The notes beneath the pieces are model-generated. The model was not told where the DNA came from, searched no databases, and saw only the letters and a program-made list of their open reading frames with translations. From Bdellovibrionota bacterium (GTDB lineage: Bacteria > Bdellovibrionota > Bdellovibrionia > Bdellovibrionales > JAEYZS01): a stretch of 47,273 nucleotides of DNA. The DNA is taken from contig CAUJEF010000003.1 in NCBI GenBank assembly GCA_963169515.1, positions 1 through 47,273 on the forward strand. The letters are read 5' to 3'. Position 1 is the stretch's first letter; every line of letters starts with the position of its first letter. Shown here in pieces: positions 38,309-46,172 of the stretch. The position numbers were made by a program, and so were the translations under genes.

Positions 38309-38851
38309 TTAGGGACCCATCAGATTTTCTTTTAATTTTCTTAGTTGCGTTTTAATGCTTCCATCAAAGGCATAGCTACCGACATTTGCAACTATGCCGC
38401 CGATTAAATCCTTATCTTCCTCAAACTCTAAAATGGGTTGTTTGTTTGTAACTTTTGCTATCGCCTTTTTTATCTGTTCCTGGTCAGGCTCTTTCAGCGG
38501 ACGGGCCGAACGGACCATTCCACGCAAAACATTGTTTGAATCATCGCTTATACTCTCGAACGCAGACAAAATTTGCCCCAAAACATCTAGGCGATTTTTT
38601 TTAGCCAACAGTCTGACAAAGTTTGCAACCTCTTCCAAAAGCTTTGTTGAGTTTAGGAATTTCTCGACTATCAGGGCCTTCTCTGCGCACGTGATAATTG
38701 GCGATTCAATTAACTCTCGCGTTTGTATATTGCTCGTAAGAACTTGAAAAATTCGACGCAAATCCTCAAGCACGGCCTCGCGTTTCCCGTTGTGAGCGAG
38801 GCTAAAAAGAGCCTTCGCGTATCTATTCGCCACCTCTGATTTCGCTTTCAT
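38309..38851 (-). CDS. atpH: F1 ATP synthase delta (OSCP) subunit
   Basis: 180 aa. [13 protein letters not shown] is a typical delta/OSCP N-terminus. Its position between b and alpha fits. Confidence 0.85.
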   Translation of the reverse strand: MKAKSEVANRYAKALFSLAHNGKREAVLEDLRRIFQVLTSNIQTRELIESPIITCAEKALIVEKFLNSTKLLEEVANFVRLLAKKNRLDVLGQILSAFESISDDSNNVLRGMVRSARPLKEPDQEQIKKAIAKVTNKQPILEFEEDKDLIGGIVANVGSYAFDGSIKTQLRKLKENLMGP

Positions 38852-39346
38852 CTAGTTTGCCCGCACTCCATTAATAAATTCTTTATTTAACATTTCCATT
38901 TTTTGTTCTGTTGCATTTTTGGCGATATTTGTCTGAGACGCCCTCAGCACCTCTTCCATAACCTCGGCACGAAGATTATTTTTTGCCTTTTCAAATTCAA
39001 ATTGAACCGCTCGCTGCGCATCTTGCTTCATTTGCTCTGCCCGCAGCCGTGCGTCTTGAACCAGCCCGTTTTTTAGTTCTTTTGCGCTTTCCCGAGCCTC
39101 CTCCAGTGCCTGTGTCTTTGATGCCTCAATAGAATTAATTTTATTTTTAATTTCACTATTTCTTTGCTCTGCCTCTTCAACAACTTGGCGCGCGGATCGA
39201 ACCTTTGTATCGTAATCCTCTTTTCGTTGAGCCAGAACCCCCGCAACTTTTTTTCTCAACAAAAAGAATAGCAAGGCAAAAAGGGCTCCAACATTGATTA
39301 CTTGGTAAAGAACAACAACAGGAACGCCCCCGCTTGAACTATCCAT
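38852..39346 (-). CDS. atpF: Fo ATP synthase subunit b
   Basis: 164 aa, with a single N-terminal TM helix followed by a long charged helix (A/E/K/Q/R-rich). Its stop abuts the atpH start. Confidence 0.8.
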   Translation of the reverse strand: MDSSSGGVPVVVLYQVINVGALFALLFFLLRKKVAGVLAQRKEDYDTKVRSARQVVEEAEQRNSEIKNKINSIEASKTQALEEARESAKELKNGLVQDARLRAEQMKQDAQRAVQFEFEKAKNNLRAEVMEEVLRASQTNIAKNATEQKMEMLNKEFINGVRAN

Positions 39347-39786
39347 TACGCGTCCCTTCCTAAAAGTTTAAGTTCAATCGCGTGGCTCAGCTCCGAAACA
39401 TTAGATTTAAGTTCGCGCCGCGCAGATTCCACTTCATCGACGATTTTCTTGCGCGAAGACTGAAGCATTTGCTCGACTTCCAGGGCTGTCGCTTCTATCG
39501 TTTTGGCATGTATCTCTTGGGCTTCTTTTTGAGCCATTTCATAATAACTTTTTGTTTGAGAGTTCAAATCCTTTGCCAAGCTTGCGTATTTTAAAACAAG
39601 CTCTGTTGTTTCGTTATTTAAGCTGTCGGCGCGAAGCTCATTCCCTTCCGTCATCTCAAGTCGCTTTAAATACGCCACAAAGTATGGTTTGAACATCAGA
39701 AGGTAAATAAAAGCAAACGCCACGACAAATATAATAAGATGTATCCAAACCGTGGAGTTAACACCTAAATTTCTTAATAAATCCAT
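39346..39786 (-). CDS. Fo ATP synthase subunit b' (second b-type stator subunit)
   Basis: 146 aa, with the same architecture: one TM helix (WIHLIIFVVAFAFIYLLMF) plus a long charged helix. It shares 1 nt with the atpF start. Confidence 0.75.
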   Translation of the reverse strand: MDLLRNLGVNSTVWIHLIIFVVAFAFIYLLMFKPYFVAYLKRLEMTEGNELRADSLNNETTELVLKYASLAKDLNSQTKSYYEMAQKEAQEIHAKTIEATALEVEQMLQSSRKKIVDEVESARRELKSNVSELSHAIELKLLGRDA

Positions 39787-39902
39787 TTGCTTTCTCTATT
39801 GGTATTGGGATTGTCGGGGGAACTTAGCAAAAGACATATATAATGACAAGCCTGTTGTCCACATTGACAAGAGATTCTCTGGGGCGCTCGTGTTGCGGCA
39901 TA

Positions 39903-40715
39903 TCAATCGGGCCGAACTTTAAACCAATCTATGTTCAGACACATCAACTCTTCGGACGAAGAAGGATCAACAATTTTTTCCACTTCTTCAATTGCAATAA
40001 GCATTTTTTTTCGAACCTTGTCGCAATCTTTTTTCGATAACGTAAATGGAGAGCTATAATGAAGCTTTTCTGGGTGTGGGTGCTTAATACGCTCCAGGGC
40101 CTTGTGCCTCCAGTTTGAATGGTGCATTTTTGCAAATAACGAGTCTGAATCGATGTGCGCTTTATTCGGCCCAATGCTAGCCTTTTCGTTCTCTTCAAGA
40201 CAAAGCCCGGCTTGAATTAAAAAATTTAAGGCCTCGTTCGCTGCTTTTGTAGGAATGTTTAGGTACGCGGCTATCGCCTCTGCAGTATTAAGGCCCGGTA
40301 TAGTCGTCGCCTGGCGAACGGCGTAGTAATACCATTCAGAATAAAAAGTAATCTTCTCTTCATCGGAAATAATTTTCGCAATGTTCGCGCAGTCCATCTT
40401 CTTTTTTGATGATTCTTTGGCTCGATCCATTTGCCTTGAAAGAACTTTGCGCAAGCTTGGGTTACCTGCGCGTTCGAGCTGCACCAGCAACAGAAAATAT
40501 TCTGTCTCTGCGGGGTCAAACCCAAAGTATTCACAAAGCAGGCTCCCTTGCTCAAGACTCATTTGTCTTTGGCCACTTAAGATCTGGCTTACAAGAGCTG
40601 TGCTGATTTCTAATGCTTTTGCAATCTTTAGGGCCTGTCCATGGCCTTTTTTAGGAGCTATTTTTAGTCGTTTTTTAATATAAGACCGGTAGTCTTCAAA
40701 TTCAAAAATGTTCAT
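39903..40715 (-). CDS. TIGR02147/DUF4423-family protein with N-terminal Xre-like HTH
   Basis: 270 aa. FEDYRSYIKKRLK...GHGQALKIAKALEISTALVSQILSGQRQMSLEQGSLLCEYFGFDPAETEYFLLLVQLE matches my memory of the architecture and N-terminal pattern of this family, which is abundant in Fibrobacter and Bdellovibrio-like genomes. Not verified by HMM. Confidence 0.6.
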   Translation of the reverse strand: MNIFEFEDYRSYIKKRLKIAPKKGHGQALKIAKALEISTALVSQILSGQRQMSLEQGSLLCEYFGFDPAETEYFLLLVQLERAGNPSLRKVLSRQMDRAKESSKKKMDCANIAKIISDEEKITFYSEWYYYAVRQATTIPGLNTAEAIAAYLNIPTKAANEALNFLIQAGLCLEENEKASIGPNKAHIDSDSLFAKMHHSNWRHKALERIKHPHPEKLHYSSPFTLSKKDCDKVRKKMLIAIEEVEKIVDPSSSEELMCLNIDWFKVRPD

Positions 40716-40856
40716 ATATACAAAAGGCTAGTCTAATTATTTGCTTTTTATAAATTAAAAAATATACATTTTGTAATATCTTTTTGGCGCCTGGCGTTAA
40801 TTGCCTGGTACTCGGGCCTTTTTTGATTTAAAAAATATGCTCCCCGTCGCCGACAC

Positions 40857-41231
40857 TTAGTGGGGCTTTGGCATATAGGTGGCGCCCTCGAATACAACCC
40901 CCTCTTCAATTTTCAAAGACGGCGTTGTGACGGTTCCTTTGAAAATTGCGGGCGGGAACATCTGAACTCGCCTGCGGGCAAAAACATTCCCCTTCACGTT
41001 TCCTGAAATAATAACGATATCGGCTTCTATTTGTGCTTCGACCTCGGCCCCAGCATCAACTATCAGAGTGTCTTTCGTAAAAACTTCGCCTTTAAATTTT
41101 CCGCCGATGCGAACTGTTCCTTCAAAAGTCAGCTGGCCTTCGAATGCCGCTCCTTGATCAATCAGAGCGGTAACTTGAGCGACGTTCGCTTCTTTTTGGT
41201 TTATATCTTCGGCAATTCTGACTTCTTCCAC
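40857..41231 (-). CDS. Bactofilin (polymer-forming cytoskeletal protein, DUF583)
   Basis: 124 aa. Repetitive beta-helix windings are typical of bactofilins (FEGQLTFEGTVRIGGKFKGEVFTKDTLIVDAGAEVEAQIEADIVIISGNVKGNV...FKGTVTTPSLKIEEGVVFEG). The GTG start at 41229-41231 lies 31 nt inside the parB 3' end, and no downstream ATG/GTG/TTG alternative is available. Confidence 0.85.
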   Translation of the reverse strand: MEEVRIAEDINQKEANVAQVTALIDQGAAFEGQLTFEGTVRIGGKFKGEVFTKDTLIVDAGAEVEAQIEADIVIISGNVKGNVFARRRVQMFPPAIFKGTVTTPSLKIEEGVVFEGATYMPKPH

Positions 41232-42256
41232 GCGTTTTTTAACCTTTCAGATAGTTCTGTTAACTCATCATCGGAATAAAAGTATATGGATATCTTCCCT
41301 TTTTGGTTTGAATAGTCGATTTGGACTTTAGTCGCTAATGTTTTTTGTAAATCATCTGCCAATCCTTTAACCAACCCCTCGGTTACATCAAAATCTAATT
41401 TCGCTACGCCCGCCCCTTTTGTACTCGTGGAGCCGCGCACCAGTTTTTCTGCGGCACGGACTGTTAGCTTTTCAGAGGCAATTCGTTTTGCAACTTCTTT
41501 TTGCTTAATCGGATCCGTGATCGCAAGCAACGCTTTCGCATGACCGGCCGAAATAATTCCCTCAGAAAGCATCCGCTTTACTTCTGGGACAAGTGTTAAA
41601 AGTCGTAATGCATTCGTAACAGAGGATCTGTCTTTCCCAACTTTTTCAGAAATCTCTTGGTGAGATAAGCTGAAATCCCTCATGAGCTGCTCAAATGCTT
41701 CGGCTTCTTCGATTGGGTTTAAATTTTCGCGTTGAATATTTTCAATAAGTGCCAGCTCAAGAGATTTTCTATCATCGGCTTCTTTCAAAATAACTGGAAC
41801 TTCATGTTGTCCCGCTAGCTGTGCCGCTCTCCATCGTCTTTCTCCGGCAATAATTTCAAATCTCCCATTTGCGATCTTCCGTGCGACTATGGGCTGTAAA
41901 ACCCCTTGTTCTTTAATAGAATTCGCTAGTTCTTGTAGCTTTTCCTTTACAAATATTTGTCGCGGCTGAAATTCATTCGCGACAAGTTTGTTAATTGCAA
42001 TTTTCCATATTCGGCTTTCGTCGGAAACCGCGGCGGCCGCAGTTTTTAACACCGCTTGTGGATCAATTGCTCCTTCAATCGAGACCTTGTCTCCCAGCGC
42101 GTCTGCTGAAAGAGCGGCCGCGGGCTTGGTGAGAGAGTTGTTTCCATCTAAAAAATTAGAAGACAACGTGGGAAGGTTTCCGCCCAAATCATTTCCCAAC
42201 AAACTCCCAAGTCCGCGGCCGAGTCGACCGGGTTTAGTCGCAGATTTATCAGACAT
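41201..42256 (-). CDS. parB: Chromosome partitioning protein ParB (Spo0J)
   Basis: 351 aa. N-terminal GRLGRGLGSLL, the ParB box IAGERRWRAA (GERR arginine patch), and an HTH region (SHQEISEKVGKDRSSVTNALRLL). An unusually long ~70-aa low-complexity stretch lies between the GRGLG motif and the ParB/Srx domain. Confidence 0.95.
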   Translation of the reverse strand: MSDKSATKPGRLGRGLGSLLGNDLGGNLPTLSSNFLDGNNSLTKPAAALSADALGDKVSIEGAIDPQAVLKTAAAAVSDESRIWKIAINKLVANEFQPRQIFVKEKLQELANSIKEQGVLQPIVARKIANGRFEIIAGERRWRAAQLAGQHEVPVILKEADDRKSLELALIENIQRENLNPIEEAEAFEQLMRDFSLSHQEISEKVGKDRSSVTNALRLLTLVPEVKRMLSEGIISAGHAKALLAITDPIKQKEVAKRIASEKLTVRAAEKLVRGSTSTKGAGVAKLDFDVTEGLVKGLADDLQKTLATKVQIDYSNQKGKISIYFYSDDELTELSERLKNAWKKSELPKI

Positions 42257-43070
42257 GTGCCTCTCCTGTGTGTGGCTTTTGCTCCAGGGTCCGCTGGACA
42301 GCGCCCGTCACTCGTCGATCGAGTTCTTCCGCCAGCTCTTGGTATTTGATCGCCCCAATCGATCGATTATCATAATGCATGATAGATCTTCCATGGCTCG
42401 GAGCCTCAGACAGGCGGACATTGCGTGGAATAATAGAATTAAAGACTTTGTCCCCGAAGTGTGTCTGTATCTCAGACACGACCTGATGACTTAAGTTATT
42501 TCTTGTGTCGAACATTGTGAGAACAATCCCTTCAATTTTTAAATTTGGATTAATCCTCTTCTTAATAAGCCCGGCCGTATTCAAAAGTTGCGAGAGCCCC
42601 TCAAGAGCGTAGTATTCACATTGGAGAGGAACAATGAAGCTTTCGGCCGCCGCAAGGGCGTTTAGTGTGAGTAGCCCTAGCGAAGGCGGACAATCAATTA
42701 AAATATAGTCGTAAAGATTTCCAACAGAACTTAAGGCCTGTTTTAAACGGTATTCACGCCCGTCTGCGTCAACAAGCTCTATTTCTGCCCCAACCAAGTC
42801 TGCGTTCGCAACGGCTATGTCTAATCCACTTACTGAAGTTTTTTGGACTACTTCAAGCATGGGTTTCAGCCCAACTATTGCATGATAAATATTTGCATCC
42901 GCATACTCATGACGCTTTATGCCAAGGCCGCTTGACGCATTGCCTTGTGGGTCTAGATCTACAAGAAGAACTCTTCTGCCCATTTCTGCAAGGCATGCGG
43001 ATATGTTGACTGTTGTCGTCGTCTTACCAACGCCTCCTTTTTGATTAGCCACACATATGATTTTTGCCAT
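42249..43070 (-). CDS. parA: Chromosome partitioning ATPase ParA (Soj)
   Basis: Deviant Walker A MAKIICVANQKGGVGKTTT. The ATG at 43068-43070 is preceded by a GGGAGAGAG Shine-Dalgarno. The 12-codon upstream extension in the track ORF (MFHVEHTQGERK) is the parS site read in frame. The stop overlaps the parB start by 8 nt. Confidence 0.95.
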   Translation of the reverse strand: MAKIICVANQKGGVGKTTTTVNISACLAEMGRRVLLVDLDPQGNASSGLGIKRHEYADANIYHAIVGLKPMLEVVQKTSVSGLDIAVANADLVGAEIELVDADGREYRLKQALSSVGNLYDYILIDCPPSLGLLTLNALAAAESFIVPLQCEYYALEGLSQLLNTAGLIKKRINPNLKIEGIVLTMFDTRNNLSHQVVSEIQTHFGDKVFNSIIPRNVRLSEAPSHGRSIMHYDNRSIGAIKYQELAEELDRRVTGAVQRTLEQKPHTGEAHV

Positions 43071-43089
43071 TTTTCTCTCTCCCTGAGTA

Positions 43090-43105
43090 TGTTCCACGTG
43101 AAACA
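43090..43105. promoter_or_regulatory. parS centromere-like site (TGTTCCACGTGAAACA)
   Basis: This 16-mer matches the widely conserved parS consensus TGTTNCACGTGAAACA at every specified position. It lies 19 nt upstream of the parA ATG, in the parA leader/promoter region. Confidence 0.85.
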
Positions 43106-43141
43106 TTATAGTTCTTGGTTAAATTTACCGATGAGTTTAGC

Positions 43142-43645
43142 GTGAAAACAAGTAATTTTTTTATATTTTCGTTTTTTTTGATATTCATTAGCGGATGTGA
43201 CAAGCCAAACGAGGCTCCGGAGTTTCTTGATAAAGTCTATCTAGAGCTCGTGCGTGAGCTATCGGAAACCGTGAAAATTAAAGACAATAAATTAAAAGAG
43301 CTTGCTACTATCACAAAAACTGCAGAGTCATTAAAACCCCGCAGCAGAGAAAGTCGGGTGGCGCGAGAAACTATTCTTCGTATTAAAAAAGAAGTGGATA
43401 AAATTGAACAGGACATTCTTTACAAGCGGCTCCGAATTCGCTCAAGAGCGGAACAGGACCGCAGGGAATACATGAGTGCATGGAAAGCAAAGTCTGTTTG
43501 GCCAAGACCAGAGTCTTTCAATAATTATATATTACAACGAAAGCTCGCGTCGGCCCCCAGAACATGGTCCCGAGTTGCTCCAGAGAGAAAAAAAGAAAAT
43601 AAAATAAAAAAGGCGCCGTCGTCTGCAGCCCCAACAAACCGTTAG
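43142..43645 (+). CDS. Hypothetical lipoprotein, K/R/E-rich, on the strand opposite rsmG and parA
   Basis: The track ORF starts at TTG 43115. The GTG at 43142 would give (M)KTSNFFIFSFFLIFISGC, a good lipoprotein signal with an ISGC lipobox. The mature part is highly charged and coil-like. It has a weak Shine-Dalgarno and is unsupported by homology. Confidence 0.45.
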   Translation: MKTSNFFIFSFFLIFISGCDKPNEAPEFLDKVYLELVRELSETVKIKDNKLKELATITKTAESLKPRSRESRVARETILRIKKEVDKIEQDILYKRLRIRSRAEQDRREYMSAWKAKSVWPRPESFNNYILQRKLASAPRTWSRVAPERKKENKIKKAPSSAAPTNR

Positions 43646-44295
43646 GTTAATTTTACAGATTTTAAAATAACTCGGTCCCCTTGATTTTGAGGCAAAGTAT
43701 ATTCAAAGGCCATTTCGGTGTTCCACGTGGAACATATTTGGTGGGGCAGTGACGCTACTTCCGGAAACCAGTTTCTTCCTTTTAAAGAATAAATTAAAGA
43801 GTCTTTGGACATAACGGAACGAGATAGCAATAATGTGCGGGCTAAACTTGCAAGCCCGCGACACATGGCCGCTGCTTTTCCCATATTAATTTGTTCGATT
43901 CGCTTGCTTTCAACGGAAATATTTTTTGCATTAAGCCGCGCCGCGACATATTTTAAGAATTCACACTTGCGGGCGTCGCTATCTATGAAAATAACTTTTT
44001 TTGTTGGATTCAAAATTGAAAAAATCATTCCCGGGAAACCATTCCCGCTGCCGAGATCATAGACTAGATCTTGGTCAAGCAAAACATCGCTTAAATATTG
44101 TGCGGCTTTGATGCAATCATAGAAGTGAAGTATGTCAGCATTTTGCTCAGAATTAAATGAAATCAAATTCAGCCTTTGGTTGAAGCGCAAAAGTTCAATT
44201 TGATAAAGTTTGAAATACTCCATCGTCTCGTCTGGGATTTCTTTTAAAAATTCTCGAAGTCTCCAGGGAAACTCCATCCCGAGTGTCGCTGTCAT
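43642..44295 (-). CDS. rsmG: 16S rRNA (guanine527-N7)-methyltransferase RsmG (GidB)
   Basis: 217 aa. SAM motif VYDLGSGNGFPGM and a GidB-like N-terminus (YFKLYQIELLRFNQRLNLISF). The start overlaps the mnmG stop by 4 nt. Confidence 0.9.
   Translation of the reverse strand: MTATLGMEFPWRLREFLKEIPDETMEYFKLYQIELLRFNQRLNLISFNSEQNADILHFYDCIKAAQYLSDVLLDQDLVYDLGSGNGFPGMIFSILNPTKKVIFIDSDARKCEFLKYVAARLNAKNISVESKRIEQINMGKAAAMCRGLASLARTLLLSRSVMSKDSLIYSLKGRNWFPEVASLPHQICSTWNTEMAFEYTLPQNQGDRVILKSVKLT
43729..43744. promoter_or_regulatory. parS centromere-like site (TGTTCCACGTGGAACA, perfect palindrome) inside the rsmG 3' coding region
   Basis: This perfectly palindromic 16-mer differs from the consensus TGTTNCACGTGAAACA at one position (G for A). 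Its location within gidB/rsmG is a classical parS position. Confidence 0.8.
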
Positions 44296-46172
44296 ACATA
44301 CAAATCCGCCATTTTTTTGCGGCCTTTCAGGTGTATAAGTATAGCCTGAATCGCGGATGGATTTACACCACTTATTCGCTGGGCTTGACCTATGGTACGG
44401 GGGCGAACGGACGTAAGCTTTTCAACTTCTTCTCGGGAAAGGCCAACAACATCACAATAATTAATTTCTGTAGAAATTTTCAATCTTTCCAATCTTTGCG
44501 TCTGTTCAATAATTTCTTTTTGTCGAATAATATAACCAGAATACTTTATGTCTATCTCGAGCGGCTCATACAGGTCTGGTTCGTTGGACTCTATTCCAAA
44601 ATTCTTTAAATCAAAAAAACTAACTTCAGACCGTCTTAATAATGTGGCCAAGTTTGCCGGCTTTGCAAGCGGGGGAGTGCCTATTTTTTGTAGCTTCTGG
44701 TTTGTTTCATCATTTGGGTAAATGGTCGTATTTGAAAGTTCGGCCTTCATCTGTTGGCGCTTTTCTTGTAGCGCTTTGGCGCGATCAAAGGTCTCTGAAT
44801 CAATCAGGCCGATTTGCTTTCCTGTGTCGATAAGCCTATCAAGGGTATTATCTTCTCTTAAAACTAGTCTATGCTCAGCCCGGGAAGTGAACATCCTGTA
44901 GGGTTCTTTTGTGCCCTTGGTGACAAGGTCATCTATCAATACACCAATATATGCTTGTTCGCGACCCAAGATGATAGCCTCGCGGTTGAAAACTTTCATC
45001 GCAGCATTTATTCCAGACAAAAGTCCCTGGGCGCCGGCCTCTTCGTAACCACTGGTTCCATTGATTTGCCCTGCGAAAAAAAGATTTTCGATTGCGCGCG
45101 TTTCAAGTGTTGATTGAATCTGCGTTGGTTCAAAAAAATCGTACTCTATCGCATAACCATAGCGCGCAAATTTTGCATTTTCTAACCCGGGTATCGTTCG
45201 TACAAATTGATCTTGAACCTCTTTCGGAAGGCTTGTCGACATTCCTTGTAAATACATCAGATTTGTATTTAAGCCTTCTGGTTCCAAAAATGTTTGGTGT
45301 CTCGGTTTGTCAGAAAAGCGTACAACCTTATCTTCAATGCTCGGGCAGTAGCGGGGGCCAACGCCTTCGATTTGCCCACAGTACATTGGCGATAGGTGAA
45401 GATTTTTTTGTATTAGCTCGTGCGTTGCCACAGACGTGTACGACAAATAACAATTAATTTGCGGAAGCTTTCGGGTCTTTTCACTTCTGAAACTAAACGG
45501 ATAAAAATTCTCATCTCCTCGTTCTTCCTGCATTTTGGAAAAGTCTATTGATTCTTTTATCAATCGGGGCGGTGTTCCGGTTTTCAAGCGCAGAACAGAA
45601 AGCCCGAGGCTTCGAAGTTGGTCCGACAGCCCCGTTGTTGCTTTGTCTCCGACGCGTCCTCCAGATTCTTGCTTCGCTCCCCAATGCATGACCCCATTCA
45701 TAAATGTGCCCGTGGTTAAGATCACGGTTTTGGCGCGAATCACAGATCCATCGGCGGTTATTATTCCCTTGCATGAACTCTGCTCTATGAGCAAACTTTT
45801 TACTTCACACTCAATTACATCTAGGCTTTTTTGACTTTTCAACTTCCCGGTCATGTATTCAACATAAAGGTCTTTATCACATTGAGCGCGTGAACCACGA
45901 ACCGCGGGCCCCTTTCGCGCATTTAATCTTTTATATTGGATACAAGTTGCATCTGTGGCCAGGCCCATTTCTCCACCCAAGGCATCGACTTCACGAATCA
46001 TATGCCCCTTGGCAAGCCCACCCATCGCCGGATTGCAGCTCATATATCCAATTCGCGAAATATTGGATGACGCGATCAGGGTTTTTAAGCCTAACCTTGA
46101 TGCCGCAAGACAGGCTTCTATTCCTGCGTGTCCCGCTCCAACCACGACAACATCATACGCTTCATTTCCCAA
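44292..46172 (-). CDS. mnmG: tRNA uridine 5-carboxymethylaminomethyl modification enzyme MnmG (GidA)
   Basis: 626 aa. FAD fold YDVVVVGAGHAGIEA, with conserved GidA segments throughout (GPRYCPSIEDKVVRF, FFAGQINGTSGYEEAGAQGL). Confidence 0.97.
   Translation of the reverse strand: MGNEAYDVVVVGAGHAGIEACLAASRLGLKTLIASSNISRIGYMSCNPAMGGLAKGHMIREVDALGGEMGLATDATCIQYKRLNARKGPAVRGSRAQCDKDLYVEYMTGKLKSQKSLDVIECEVKSLLIEQSSCKGIITADGSVIRAKTVILTTGTFMNGVMHWGAKQESGGRVGDKATTGLSDQLRSLGLSVLRLKTGTPPRLIKESIDFSKMQEERGDENFYPFSFRSEKTRKLPQINCYLSYTSVATHELIQKNLHLSPMYCGQIEGVGPRYCPSIEDKVVRFSDKPRHQTFLEPEGLNTNLMYLQGMSTSLPKEVQDQFVRTIPGLENAKFARYGYAIEYDFFEPTQIQSTLETRAIENLFFAGQINGTSGYEEAGAQGLLSGINAAMKVFNREAIILGREQAYIGVLIDDLVTKGTKEPYRMFTSRAEHRLVLREDNTLDRLIDTGKQIGLIDSETFDRAKALQEKRQQMKAELSNTTIYPNDETNQKLQKIGTPPLAKPANLATLLRRSEVSFFDLKNFGIESNEPDLYEPLEIDIKYSGYIIRQKEIIEQTQRLERLKISTEINYCDVVGLSREEVEKLTSVRPRTIGQAQRISGVNPSAIQAILIHLKGRKKMADLYV

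Noticed and set aside
39855-39863. A DnaA-box-like 9-mer, TTGTCCACA, in the intergenic region upstream of the atp operon. Isolated near-matches also occur inside atpD (TTATCCACG, ~35058) and inside the lipoprotein gene (~12546). This raised the possibility of an oriC near the par locus.
   Set aside because: These are single, scattered one-mismatch boxes. There is no cluster and no adjacent AT-rich unwinding element, so there is no evidence for an origin in this window.
43071-43106. N-terminal extensions in the six-frame track. They affect parA (MFHVEHTQGERK), nuoK (to 23471), nuoJ (to 23982), tatC (to 3742), atpA (to 38280), grpE (from 9344), and the two exported ORFs (to 29612 and 30183).
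   Set aside because: Internal starts give canonical family N-termini or signal peptides, better Shine-Dalgarno sequences and typical small overlaps with the upstream gene. The parA extension is simply the parS site translated in frame.
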